DNA of 62,975 bases, the filler included, from Sphacelaria rigidula (taxonomy: Eukaryota), in assembly GCA_964200075.2 (NCBI GenBank). It is 5 parts of 5 records of this genome, joined end to end, with 100 filler letters (N's around TTAATTAATTAA, not from the genome) between each part and the next. Parts side by side here need not be neighbours in the genome. Positions count along the whole stretch, not along the records: positions 12,618 to 25,133 come from CAXNAA020003676.1; 4 more parts are not named here. One strand, 5' to 3'. Positions 12,810 through 25,233 of the stretch are shown piece after piece. Under the pieces are notes generated by a model. It saw nothing but the letters and a program-made list of their open reading frames with translations. It had not been told where the DNA came from and ran no database searches. The position numbers were made by a program, and so were the translations under genes. Each line of letters opens with the position of its first letter. Positions within the stretch are counted from its first letter, which is position 1.

Positions 12810-14240
12810 ACACTGCTGACGTCTCTCTTTTCTTCATAACGCTTTGAAACCCTTTCGTTTCTCAGTGCGAGCCCGTAGTCTTGAGAGCCCAAACCATCTC
12901 TCTCTCCCCCCCCCCCCGAAACGTGACTGATATGTTCCGAACGCGAATGGGATCAGGAGTTTTGCACAGCGTCGACGTTCGTGATATTTCCACTCCTGCT
13001 TACGTCCTCACGTTGATAACGACGGGAAGTCGGATCTCCCTGAGAACCAAATTATGAAGAAATGTAACTGATGGGAATCGAACCCCCCTGCTCCGCCCTC
13101 ACAGGTTTCAAGTGACACCGCCGGGACCTTACCCATGAATAGTATTATATTTTAGGGTACACACTTTGTCAAATAGCCGATAACTTTGGACTCTGGGAAA
13201 ATATGGCTGACGTGCCAATGTGCCAGCGTCCGCTTGTGTAAGTTCGTCAAACCTAACCCTGGTACTGGCGAGCTTATTCACAAGGCCTGTGGGGAAGTGG
13301 TCTAATCGACTGTCAGGTATATCTCATCGTCAGCGGTACATTTGACACCGTTAGGTTGAAAAGACGTGGGTTCGATTTCCGCCAGTGCTACCGTTTGGTT
13401 CGGAGTCTCTCTTCAAAGTATCTGAATCTCGTCTTCGGAAGCGCGAGAACGTGAGTAACAAGAATATTCTTTGACTGAGTCTGTTTGACGAGAGGCGACG
13501 CAGTGCGAGACTGCTGATCGCATGTACGATATATCAAAATATAAGGTGTGCACCAAAGGAGAGATGGCTTAATCACCCAGGACAACGGACTCGTCCCGAG
13601 GCAAGGCAGGGATGAATAGAAGTGTGACGAAAGAAGAACACATGAGTGCCGCCGCCGCCCGGTGCTGTAGCTGTTACAAATACAACAATTGGGGGCGGAA
13701 GAACGTGGGTTTGAACCACGGCATATCATTTCTTCTTTTTTTCCTGAAAAGTACTTCGTTTCCGTCATTGAAAAACCCAGGGTGTAGGTAGCGAAAGTAG
13801 TTTGTATGACCAGAGTCGACGCGGTGCAGGAGTACTGATGGTCATGATCCAAACCGCGATGCCAAAATGCTTTCATTGAGACGTATACCAAGGGAGGAAG
13901 GCGTTGATCCCCCAAGACCACGGGCTCGACCCAAGGAAAGGGGGGTGGGTTGAGAGCACAACGGGATAAAGAAAAACGCTATACTCGCTGGTCGAACTGA
14001 TACAGTATACTGACGACCAGGTCGGGCGAATTCGCGGACTCCAGTTCCGACCGATATGAGTGTAGTGTTCTTGTTGATGTCGTTAAAAACGCGAGGGCAG
14101 GAATAGCAGATAAGAATTCGACGAGAGTCGATGGCGCGCGGAGGTGTTGATCTAGTACTTCACCAAAACGTGAAAGGCACGTTCCGGGGGAGATATGGGT
14201 TGATCCACTTAGACTGCACATCCGTCGGAAGGAAGGTATA
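12810..14240. repeat. Array of T1 tRNA-derived units: one minus copy, then two or three plus copies head-to-tail
   Basis: B-box-like GGTTCGATTCC (minus, about 13075), GGTTCGATTTCC (about 13369) and GGTTTGAACC (about 13709), each followed by the same roughly 250-nt body. A degenerate third plus copy lies at about 13985-14240. Confidence 0.65.
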
Positions 14241-14844
14241 CCTTGGTAGGGGTTGGATGTGCAACAAGTTTAATGTTCAACAACCTACCGAGGTCTAGAT
14301 AACGACACATCGCCTCAGTGCTGGACCTTGGTTCTACCGCAAGGTGCTCAGGCATAGCAAGCTTATATTTCACATCATTGCCGACCGCATCGTTCCCTAA
14401 AAGCAGGGGCCTAGCGGTGTGATATTCGTGTTTGCCCGTCTACGTACTTCCCAACGAACGAAGCAGGCCTTGAAGCTTAGGGCTGGTTTTGATTTTTGTG
14501 AATATTTTGCTCATTTCTCCTTTTGTTTGCTCTGCTTATGTTTTATCCTTTTTTACTCTAGTTTTCTCATCTGGGTGTTTGCGTTTCATTTTCCCTGGGT
14601 ATATTTGTTGTGAGATCACGGCTACATCTGCAGCAGATCGGCCAATGCGATACAACTAACCCACCAACCGATCCACATGTGCGAGCAGGTGATGTCAATT
14701 CGCTCTGTTTACCTCGGCGCTGGACGCTCTTCCTCCTAGAAGCAGATCAACCTCATCCGCCGCAATGCCGGTGTAGTGTATTAGTACGCACTATGAAGCG
14801 AAAAAGTGACGACGTGTCAGCGCGAAAGCGATGAGCAGTTGAAA

Positions 14845-15490
14845 AGCAAGAGGCATATTCGCTTCCTAAACAAAGGATATGAAGTATGGTTCATCCCGGC
14901 ATGACACATCAGTGATCTCCCGATCCCCGACCCAAATCCAAGCCTGTCCATTAAAGGTTCAAAATCCGCGAAAAGTCGATCGTCCGGGGTCTCGAACCCC
15001 CGATCTCGTGTTCCACAAGCAAACATTTGGCCATTGAGCTGTTTGCTTGCTCAGCAAAACACGTTCGTTCCATCAACAAGAAGATCCAAATTTCACCAAC
15101 AACCAACCGTCCGGGGTCTCGAACCCAGATCTCTTGTTCCACAAGCGGGCATTTGACTCGCTCACCGAGCAAAACAAATTCGCTGCATCAACAAACGATG
15201 TGGTGTACGGTCCATCCCGGCATGACCCATTAGTGGTCCCGGGGCTCCCCACCCCTCGCAAGTCTCACGGTTCACATTTTTAATTCCACCAAAACTCGGT
15301 CGTCCGGAGACTCGATCCCGCGATCTCTTGTTCCACAAGCGTACGTTCACTGGTTCAATAGCCAAATATCCGCTTGTGGAACAAGTTATCGAAGATTCGA
15401 GTCTCTGGACGATCGGTTGTCAGTCGAATTTTAAATTTCAACAGTGAGGCTTGCGAGGAGTGGGGAACTCAGGAGATCATTGATGTGGGG
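14845..15490. repeat. Array of tRNA-His(GTG)-like repeats (family T2): three minus copies and one plus copy
   Basis: Minus-strand head CAGCTCAATGGCCAAATGTTTGCTT-GTG-GAACACGAGATCGGGGGTTCGAGACCCCGG (A box, TT-GTG-GA loop, perfect GGTTCGANNCC B box). CTTGTGGAAC recurs four times, with an inversion at about 15355. Confidence 0.72.
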
Positions 15491-16378
15491 AAGTTTGGAG
15501 ATGTCACGAAGAACTCAAGACTTCACCACCCACCCCGAGTTGCCGTACTCCGTCAGGGCGGCATCGTCGTCACCTTGATGGTGGAAGGTAAATCATCCGC
15601 TTTTGATGGATCCATGGTCGCCGTGAGGAATTCCAGATGCTCCCTCGGCGTCGAGGCAAGCAAAAATGCACGAATGTCGGCCTCCTGGGTCATAAGGAAA
15701 TGAAGCATGAAGACATTATAAATGCATGGGATGACATGAGTCACTCTCACCTATTGGTAGGTGATTGCATTCGTTGTGGCTGATCACTTTGACTTGAGAA
15801 TCGCCGTGGCTGTAAGCGTGGAGACTGCGGAAAGTGAGGTATATTGTCTAGGACGGCGTAGACGACACCACGAACAACCAACCGTTGATTGATCGACTGT
15901 TGCACATGAAGTGATCGATCCCCGAGGGATGGTTTCAGCCGGTGTCACCAGACAGAAGTACCCAAGGTAGCAGAACGAAAACACCCGCTGAAGGAAACAC
16001 GAGAACGGGAGAAGGAACCGTTACATCTGGAAAATATGGAGAGCAGCATTATTCGATTGCCGCCTGCTGCTTACGGGGTGTAGATTTGCGGGGCTACCCT
16101 GCAAGTACTGAAATCCAGGTTTACAAAACGCAGGATCTGCCTCTGTACTGGTGAGTTGATTACTATTATCCAGTCTCACAACGTTTGCAAGCTGTAGTTT
16201 CGACATGACGCTATTACTTCGGCGCATTTTTGACGTGCTTCTGCCAGCAGTACGGATCAACACGGTCGATCATGAGTTGCCTATCCCGCTCTGCAACGCT
16301 GCTGAACAATCTGGCGGGGGGGGCGGTGGGGGGCGGTGGGGGGAAGGGGTGCTTATGATCTTCTGTGTCGCGGTTATA

Positions 16379-16895
16379 AGACTGTTGATCTCGCATCACT
16401 ACAACGCCGGGACGGAGTACACCGGGTTGTCGCCGGACCAGGCTCGCCATCACCAAGCGCGAAGCGCCGTGATGTGTTCGGCGAGTCGCATGAGGGGTGA
16501 TCTGTATCCTGCGAAGAACTCCCGCCCCAAAGCGTACCGGTTATCTTGCATACGTATGACAGTCTCCGATGAGCTGCTTTATTTTCTGGTACCGCCACTT
16601 CCAGAGACAGCCACGGCTTACACACTGCCTTATGGGTATCTCACCGTTTAAACACTACGTAGTGCGGCCACTCCCTTTGTTCTCCACCCAGCACAATATG
16701 ACCTTACTTGACGGCCATTATGCTGACCGCACAAAACACTCATGCGAGCAAACCTGGTCGCCTAGCTTACACAGTGAGTGGCGTGTTTTACAGCGGTGTT
16801 ACCACCCAGTCCCCACCCTTGAGACGTTGAGCCTGGTTCAGCGAAAACCCAGCATGCTCCACCCCGGCTTTGTAGGGATGTGAGGTCAATGGTCT
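16379..16895. mobile_element. MITE family B, full copy (about 520 nt, about 65-nt TIRs)
   Basis: AGACTGTTGATCTCGCATCACTACAACGCCGGGACGGAG ... CTCCACCCCGGCTTTGTAGGGATGTGAGGTCAATGGTCT; internal CGCCACTTCCAGAGACAGCCACGG also occurs at about 12630 and 19487. Confidence 0.78.
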
Positions 16896-19263
16896 GGTGC
16901 CTGTGGCATGCATGATCGTGAGTACAGCCAATTGAGACCGAAATGTGGGGCAGGGGGGGGGGGTTCTCACGGGCGTACCTTGTGTTCTCTGTCACTGTGC
17001 GAGGCATATTTCGTTCCGCCCAAGGCGACAATCCTTCTTCGTATATCCTCTTCCTCGGGGAACACCGCCTCGAACACGTTCCGCCAGCCCTTTGGAGACA
17101 ACGTCGTCATAAATTGCGATAAAGGACGGAACCATGAGATGTGCCGACGGCACAAAGAACAACCATGGGCGCGGACGGAAACGCCGAATACCCAACATCA
17201 ACACAACTCACTGAACAGAACACACAACAACGAAGTCGGACACGAACGAGTGTAGAGTCGGTCGAGACTCTGTTTAACAATGGTGGTACATATCTTCATG
17301 CCCGTGTTGGTTCCGCGTCCCGGAAATCACGCGCGACGTGGCCTGCAGTAGAACACAGCGTAAGAAATAGAACACGCCAATTCTCAACATACGAGCACAT
17401 GACCGCTGAGGCAGTACATGTGCTCTTGCGATGTACAATGGACCGAAGATACCATGAAATATCATATTTGCGTGCAAGTACGAACTCCTACCCTGGATCT
17501 CACCTACCGATCGCTCAACATGGAAGTTAGTATCTTGCGCACCGAGGGCACCAAGCCCGGTGTTGCGCAGCACAGAGCTTCAACATTGCCCTAAAGTCCG
17601 CTCTGTTAGTCCATATACATCAACTCGAGCGTTGTGGTACTTGATTTTTTGCGTACAAATCTCAGCTCCTGCGCTTGACTCCCCCTGATTGCTGTACTCC
17701 TCAATCAAAGACTTCAAGAGCTACGCCTGACCTGGTTTAGCATTTTTTTGGCCCGCTTCCTTTCTGACTTTGTGGCGCGGCTCGCCGTTGGGTGCGGCGT
17801 TCTCTCTTGTCCGAATACCTCATGGAATGATCCCTCTTGTCTTGCCGGATCTCGAGCCATGAGCTCCCTCGCAAGGTCCTGCACTAGCCGCGGGACATAT
17901 TTTACCCATTTCATTGTCACGGCAGGACAGCTGACTTTGAGTTTCATGTGGCATGCAAACAAATCTTGCTTTGCTTGGTTACGTGGACTTCATCATGTGG
18001 TTACTTAGTTATTCGACCATGGGTCCCAACGATCGAAGAACATATTATTGACTAGATAACATAAATAGCCTCGCAGTACCGGCTCTTCAACAGCGTTCCG
18101 GTCGGTCAAAGGGTCAATTAAGCCGTGATGGTTCGTCGCGGGGGATACCAGGTGCAACCTCATACCAAAGTTTACAGACCAAACATGAGGTATCACAGTG
18201 TTTAATCTCCTAGTTCTGGCCATATACCTCGTTAACAGGATGGTCTCAACAAATGCGACGTTCAACATCCGAGTAGCCGACACCCATATCCTGCAATGAA
18301 GATCTACAGCTCTGATGATCAGCAGCGGAACCAACAGCACGATCAACACTGCCGCCCTTCGTCGATTCCGCCGGGCGGTCTAGGGCTGTGTCAGTCAGCC
18401 TATGATCGCAATATCCTTTACAACGACTTGTGACTACGGTTCGATCTCTTGGGGGTCCGTTAATGTGCGACAACCAATCAACTAATCAATCAATCAATCA
18501 ATCAATCAAAGTAAACACTCAAGAACTGGAATATCTAGCACGTTTATTTTCTCTTTATAACCTAGGAGCGCTCACCTTCAAGTCGTCCAAAGAAGATCTC
18601 CGACCCTCATGGCCACTTCCAATACCATGATCCTCCACTCTCCCCGTATCTGCCGTGGGATCCGCTGCTGTTGACGTTAGTCTCATCCGACCCTCCTTTA
18701 AGGCCGACATCGCCTCACGGCTGGCAGCGCCCGTCTCAATACTTGGGACATGCGCCATAGATAGGGGGGGCTGTTCCTCCGCCTAAAAAAGACACAGAGC
18801 GGGGTGTTTTGCGTCAACCAACAACCGTGACACCGTGTAATACGGCATACGTCACCGTGGATGATGAGTCTTTGGGACTTGAAAACCTGTTATCCAGGGG
18901 TCGTACTGAGGAGGACGAGGGGGTGATATACCACGTAACTCTGTACATACGGTAGGCACTGGCATGGTGCCACAACTAGGTGAAATTGTTCACCCCGGCC
19001 TATTCTTCAGGTGGGTCGGGAGAGGGCGCATCTTAGGCATGGGTCTTGAACGCCGTGTTCTGCCGTACGTCGCCGAAAAAACCATACCCAGAGTATGCGC
19101 TTCAGTCACATCTTGTTGGTCTCGAGTTGGGTAGATATGATGATATGCGTAGACGATGCCCAGGCAACGGGCAAGTGTATGCACTTTCGACGCTTGGCAA
19201 GCGTCTGCACTGTCGAAGCTCGTCCTGGTGGGTGTACTCATGATCATACATGACATAGATATA

Positions 19264-19820
19264 AGACCATCGACCTCGCATCCCTACAAAGCCGGGACGG
19301 AGCACGCCGGGTTTTCGCCGAACCAGGCTTGCACTTAATCTCCTAGCGCGAAGCGCCGTGGTCTGCTCGGCGGGTCCTATGAAGGGTGAGCTACATCCTG
19401 CTAAGATTGTTCGGCCTAAAGCGTACTGATTATCTTGCATTTGGATGACATACAGCCTTCAATGAGTTGCTTCATTTTCTGGTATCGCCACTCCCAGAGA
19501 CAGCCACGATTTCTACACTGCCTCATGGGTGTCTCACCATTTAAACACTACGTTGTACGATCATCCCCATCGTACGGAGTTAAGATTCCCCCGGAGTTGA
19601 GGTTCCCCCACGCCGCACAACATGATCTAGCTCGACTATCATCATGGTTACCGCAAAACAAACACGCAACCGCGCGAAAACAAATTGGTAAGCTGGGTAC
19701 CTAGCTTACGCAGTGAGTGACGTACTTATAGCGCCATCTCCAACCGACACCAACCCCATCGGGGGGCCGCCTCTACAAAGCCGGGACGGAGCAAGCCGGG
19801 TTCTCGCCGGACAAGGCTGG
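19264..19820 (+). mobile_element. MITE family B, second copy plus an extra TIR in direct orientation
   Basis: Collinear with about 16379-16795 over 19264-19735; CTACAAAGCCGGGACGGAG recurs at about 19772. Confidence 0.72.
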
Positions 19821-22800
19821 AGCTTGTCCAGGGGGGCATATGTTTTTTTATAGAGAAAAAAAGAGAAGGGGAGGAAGCGTCTGCTAATGCTTCCCATGCC
19901 TTAGCTTTTAGGTGGCATACCATCGACAACGCATCTTCGTGAGGACTCAGGATTGCTTGAAATAAGGCAATCAGTGGTTGCCGATCGCTTCTTCGTGCCG
20001 GGTCAAAGGTGTTTTTGCTCACTTTGCTAATACCCTCTGAAGCAACATCTGCCGTTCCAGGTCATTCTCCACCTTCTCGTACCACTACCAGGTTGAATGT
20101 CGAATCCCCAAGACTCGGATAGAAGGGGGACGAACTGCACTGCCGTGAGTGGTGCTGATCGTAGAGGGAAGGAGAGTGAGAGAGTGCTTCTAGAGAGGCG
20201 CTGCTCCTGCTCTAAACGCTGGTGACTCATTTTTCAGAGTCCGAGTAAATACTTTTTGTCGAACCCCCACCAATAACTATTTCCCTGAAATAGTTAATAC
20301 GTTAGATGGTATTCAAACCAGTGATGGAGTGCCTCAGCGTGTTCGATACTCAGCACAGCACTGGAATTAAACAGAGCATTGATACCAGGAAAAGCCCTCG
20401 CATTATCCCACACTCTAATTTTGACTGTATCTCGTGTCCATACCTTTAGTGTCAAGCTCATGTCACCGGTCTGCATCAATTCACCATGATCTCACTCGCC
20501 TGATCGGTCTTGAGGACGCCCAGCAGTCTGCGACGATGCCTCAATAGTCGTTCCAGTTCACTTTCCGCGTTTTCTCTTGCGGTGTCGACCTCCTGTACCT
20601 TTCTCTCGTACGCAGCTTCCATCGCTGGATCGCGCGGAAATCCAGAGCTAACCTTGAGAACATCGGACAAATTATGGTGCGGAAAATATTTGGACTCGTG
20701 GCTATAATGTTTGATGCGGACTGGGTTAGGAGTGGGCTCTGAAGATGGGGCTGTTGTTGTCTTATGGCAGTCAATATAATCGGCTATCGTCGCCGTGTTG
20801 GCGCATCTTCATTTGTATTCTGTGGACCGCAGCGGAGTTATGGGCCGTTGGGTGATGGTAGCTTTTCTGGTGAAATATGATACGCATAGTGATGAGTCTT
20901 GGGCCTTGAACGGAAAGAATTCACAGCTTTACGTGTCGAAAACATGTAGGATAGTTGCAGACACGGTTTTCTATTCATGGTGGGACTTGTGAATGGTGCA
21001 TTACGTACTAAAACCTGACTTGAGCGATCGCTGTCTTCATCAATCAATGAGAAACTCAAGCTGAAGATGACTTACCGAGTATTTTGCGAAGTGAAAACAA
21101 AACAATTCTGCAACAAAAACAAAAAAGGGACGCTTTTCAGTGGCCGTAGTCTACTTCAGATACATCAACACCCGGAGTTGGAACAGCAAACCCGAGGTTT
21201 TCATCGTGCTCGGTACCTATGCCAAAATCGAAAACACCCTGGACACGAGTCTGTCGATGGTTGTGTCTCTCACCCTTCTGTTTTGAACTCTAATGTCGTC
21301 GACAAGAGACCTTCGTCTATTGCAGATGTCGAAGAGCTCCTTCCTCGCCTCGAGTACGCTTTCCCCTAGTTCCTCCAACACCCCCACGTCCACGGTTTTA
21401 TCCCTCAGATCACCATCCAAGTAAATGACCCCCGGGGGATCATCCAATTGTCCAAGGGGGGGCACGTAAAACCTCTGAAACTCGTCCTGTACCTTTTTCA
21501 CAACGGATTCTTCTAGCTCCTGACACAGGCACAAGGATCGTGGGTTCAAGTTGGTACACATATGTTGCCGTTGAGTCAACATCTGACCATTGCATCGAAA
21601 TTTGCCCCGCAGATATTGTTTGAGCTCAGGGAGGTGTTGTCGATGAAATGGGTACTGTGTATATACAGGGTTGACTTGCAACCAATACTACTATACAGGA
21701 TGTAGCATCTAATGCAGTTAGCAGTACAAAACAACTCAAAAATGGCCTAAGCTTTGTTTCCACTGTTTCGTTGACGGAAAAACCTTGACCTTGCGTCTCA
21801 ATGCCGACTCCCGCCGCCGACTTATCCTCCTCTCTGATGTAGCATTTATTCTTTCTTGCAAAGCTGTATCGACATTCCCTGTCATCGCCGATATGTTCGT
21901 ACCGAGAGCACCGCTCGTCTTTTCATCGACCCCTCTCTTGCCAGTTTTTCTCCCGGCCAAGGCTCTGAGGTTGGCCCAGGGATTATCGAGTTTCCCACTT
22001 TCGCCCTTCAAGACCCTCACGCCTAGGCAGGGTGGCAAAAATGTCGGTCGTCCTGCTTGACTTTGGTGTTGCGCTTGATGAGACACCTCAGCCCACGCCG
22101 TACGGACACCTGTGCATGGGTTTGTGCAACTTCCAGTTTGAAACTGCGTAGTGCGTTTCAGGGAAGGCGGCAGGTCAGGGACGAGTAGTAACGTATATAG
22201 CGTGGGATACACTGAAGTGCGAAAACGAGTGCTATGCGTACTCCATGAAACATTCTTCTCGTTGCAGGGTGATATAATCACACCAACAACATAGATCGAC
22301 AAACGCACCGCTCGCATGTGACACCTGTGTATAAACATGCACGTTGGCACTTGGACACGATATAAGCCCGAAGTTTAACCACAAGATATCTCCCTAGGCA
22401 GTGCCTTAAAGAGCACGATTTCAACCCCCCCCTCCAGAAAAAGTTGGCGCGAGCGTTTGGATGTCTGCTACGAGCAGTGTGGATCTTGTCGAGAACATGT
22501 ACATGAGCTTGTGCTGCCACAGCGGTGTTTATTTACACTGGAGGTAGGACAAAACAGATTTGAGACTCTTGACGGGCAGCTCACGTATCACGGCTGAAAC
22601 ACGCAATACCTACACAAAAAGTCAAGACAAACATACGTAAATACAAACATACATAGACACCCGCAGTACGAGCGCGTCGCGTCTAGAGCTAGCCCTGGCG
22701 CCTCTGAAGCAAGCAGCCCTTTCTTCACGATAATTCGTTGAGCAGTGGGGGCACAGCAGCCGTGTGGATACCAAAACGTTCCCAACGGTGCCGTCTTGAC

Positions 22801-25133
22801 GGTTTCCGCATGTCGTATTTGGCTCGCGTGTGCCATGAGTCACCCTATCTCGTATATTTTTGTAACGATTCAACTCTTGCAAACAGTGCCATATCTAGCT
22901 TGACCCACCAGTCACGACTCGAGCTACGCCCTGCGTACCCTGAGACGGTGGGCCCCAGAAGTATCACATTTCTGCACGCGTCGCCTTGTGGCCATGACCT
23001 TGAGTTCCTCTACGAATATAATGGTTTGGCGAATACTCCAACTTGTCCCCAGGAAGTTGAGAAACTAGCTCTATGCGACCGTTTTACCCAAGGAGAGAGT
23101 GATTGTCTCTCAAACCTGCAGCGAATGGAGGAGAGGGCGGGTTCTCTTTGTGAGGGACAATGCTTGAAATCTCATCCTGTATTATGTGGCTTGCGAATTG
23201 AACCGAGAGACGTAGGAGGAGCAACCCGACCCCAGCCACGGGATATAATGACTGCATTCACGTCAGCTGATCTCAGACCAATGAAAGAGTGCGCCGCGCA
23301 TTGATAAGTACGGTGAAAGACGAGGATATCCGGCAGAGACTTTTGAAAGACAGCTTCTAAGCAGGACGAAAAAAGTTTCAAGACGTTTACTGTTTTCGAG
23401 AGAGGTAATAATGGGGCGAACAATCACACAGGTTGTTACTAAAAATATATCTTGGATCCTTTCTTCCCTGCCTTATTGACCTTTCGACTGCCAGCTAGGG
23501 TGGATCATCTGGGTCTTACTTTCATATTCTCAAGTGAATGACGATGCCGATTCAACAGTGCTCCCGCTCTGACGGTCGCATGGCATAATGATGTACCCTA
23601 TGATCGCCAACGAAAAGCGGCGTCCACCCACGGGGTGTCCATCTGGTGGGTCGGCATCATAGCTACTCAAACAAGAGTGAATCGCCGACTTAGATGTTCA
23701 TGCGGGACAGGTGAAACTGCCAAAGGACGCGTCCTCGCATCAGTCGAAGAACACCGCCAAAATTAGGCAATGAGTGGCGTAGAAAGACCGCACATACCTA
23801 CCTCCAAACCCTTAGGATAGCTCACCTTTGGCGCCGTGCAGCCGTCCGTTTGCGTGTCCCGAACCTTTCTCGTGACTTTGGGACACTTCGTTCTGATGTT
23901 CTGAGATAGGATCGGCGCCTGTTGATATCAGCTGTTGCTGGGGGTTAGTTGTTATGGCGTTTGTATGTTCGCGGCGCATACGATGGAGGGCGTCCCTACG
24001 CAACGTACTCCCCCTCCTTGCTGACCGCAGCATGTTTTTTGTTTCGTGAGCCGATATCTTTGAGCTTGGGAAGATATTTATACCGTCTAGGACGTCAGTC
24101 GAGGCGGCAGCAGTAACACCAACTTCCATGGCTATCGCTGGCGTGTCGTTGCACAGGACTAGAATTGCCGTTGTTCGGCTATTACAGTCACATGCTTGGT
24201 TACAAAGTCACTCGTGGTGAGACAAGTTAGTAATTGTGACAGCCGCAGGAGTTGCTTTTGATGCTTAGCCGTGCACCACGTATGGTGCCATGTGCTGAGG
24301 TTTTCGGAATAGAAATACTACATTTGTGTGCCATTATCCAGTACTATGTGTTCAATGACTGCGGGCTTGCTGGCTGATGTATCCCTGATTTGTTGTGCCT
24401 GTGAGATACCCTTACTACCAGAGAGATAGTGTGAAGTACTGTCAGGAGATAATGCGACTCATCCTCGATCGTTCGTGAACTTCCGCTAACTGGTCGCGGG
24501 TCTGAATGTATCAGAGAAGGAAAAAAAATGAAACACGCACAAATATTTTGATCATCTACAGGCAGCAGGAAGCAGGCAACGCTGGGTGGTACAGCTGCCT
24601 CACACTAGCTACTACCACGTGCATGGCTATTAGTAATGGTAGAGCATCGTTCAGCAGTTCATTTGTACGTCCTCATGTTCACATGTTCAGGTGAGAACAA
24701 ATCTATTCAACGACCATGACAATTCATGCTAAGATGCGATTTGAAAATTCAAAGTGCAGCCTGTCTCATGATTCGGCGTTACTGGGCCAAACGGGAGAGT
24801 TTCCCCGTTATCCCACGGTATGGTACCTCGGCGTACCACACATGCCAGTACTGTGTAGTTCTGTGCAGTAATGTGGCGCTACGATGTAGGAGTTTATGCT
24901 GTCGGTATTTGTACCAGCGTAAACTTTTCCAACCGTCAGTTAAAGTGCGACGATCAAATCACACAGTCAGTTTGCCAGGTTTATCTCTCCTGTGCGCCCG
25001 ACAGCATGATGAGCCAAGGGACCTTACAGACTGGGATACGTTTCACACCGCCCCCGATTCCCGAAAACCTCATTCTGGGCGACGCGGGAGAGGGGGGGGG
25101 GGGGGGGGGGGACAACCAACTCGGGGGGGGGGG

Positions 25134-25233
25134 NNNNNNNNNNNNNNNNNNNNNNNNNNNNNNNNNNNNNNNNNNNNTTAATTAATTAANNNNNNNNNNN
25201 NNNNNNNNNNNNNNNNNNNNNNNNNNNNNNNNN
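25134..25233. other. Scaffolding linker (assembly gap)
   Basis: N run with central TTAATTAATTAA, 100 nt. Confidence 0.97.

Larger units (their letters stand above)
15500..24130 (-). pseudogene. Decayed multi-exon coding sequence of unrecognised family, interrupted by MITEs
   Basis: Protein-like minus-strand fragments (23812-24129, 22622-23115, 21217-21681, 20294-20800, 19726-20022, 17714-18349, 16967-17155, 15553-15700). Several are bounded by AG acceptors or GT donors (e.g. AAAG|GTGAGC near 23825, TAG|GTACC at 21217). Many in-frame stops; no diagnostic motif recognised. Confidence 0.45.

Noticed and set aside
13284..13388. Possible intron-containing tRNA gene
   Set aside because: Stems do not pair convincingly, and it is followed by the T1 repeat body; treated as a SINE-like head.
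14845..15490. CRISPR-like repeat/spacer pattern
   Set aside because: Units are long and diverged, the spacers are homologous to each other, the context is eukaryotic, and there are no cas genes.
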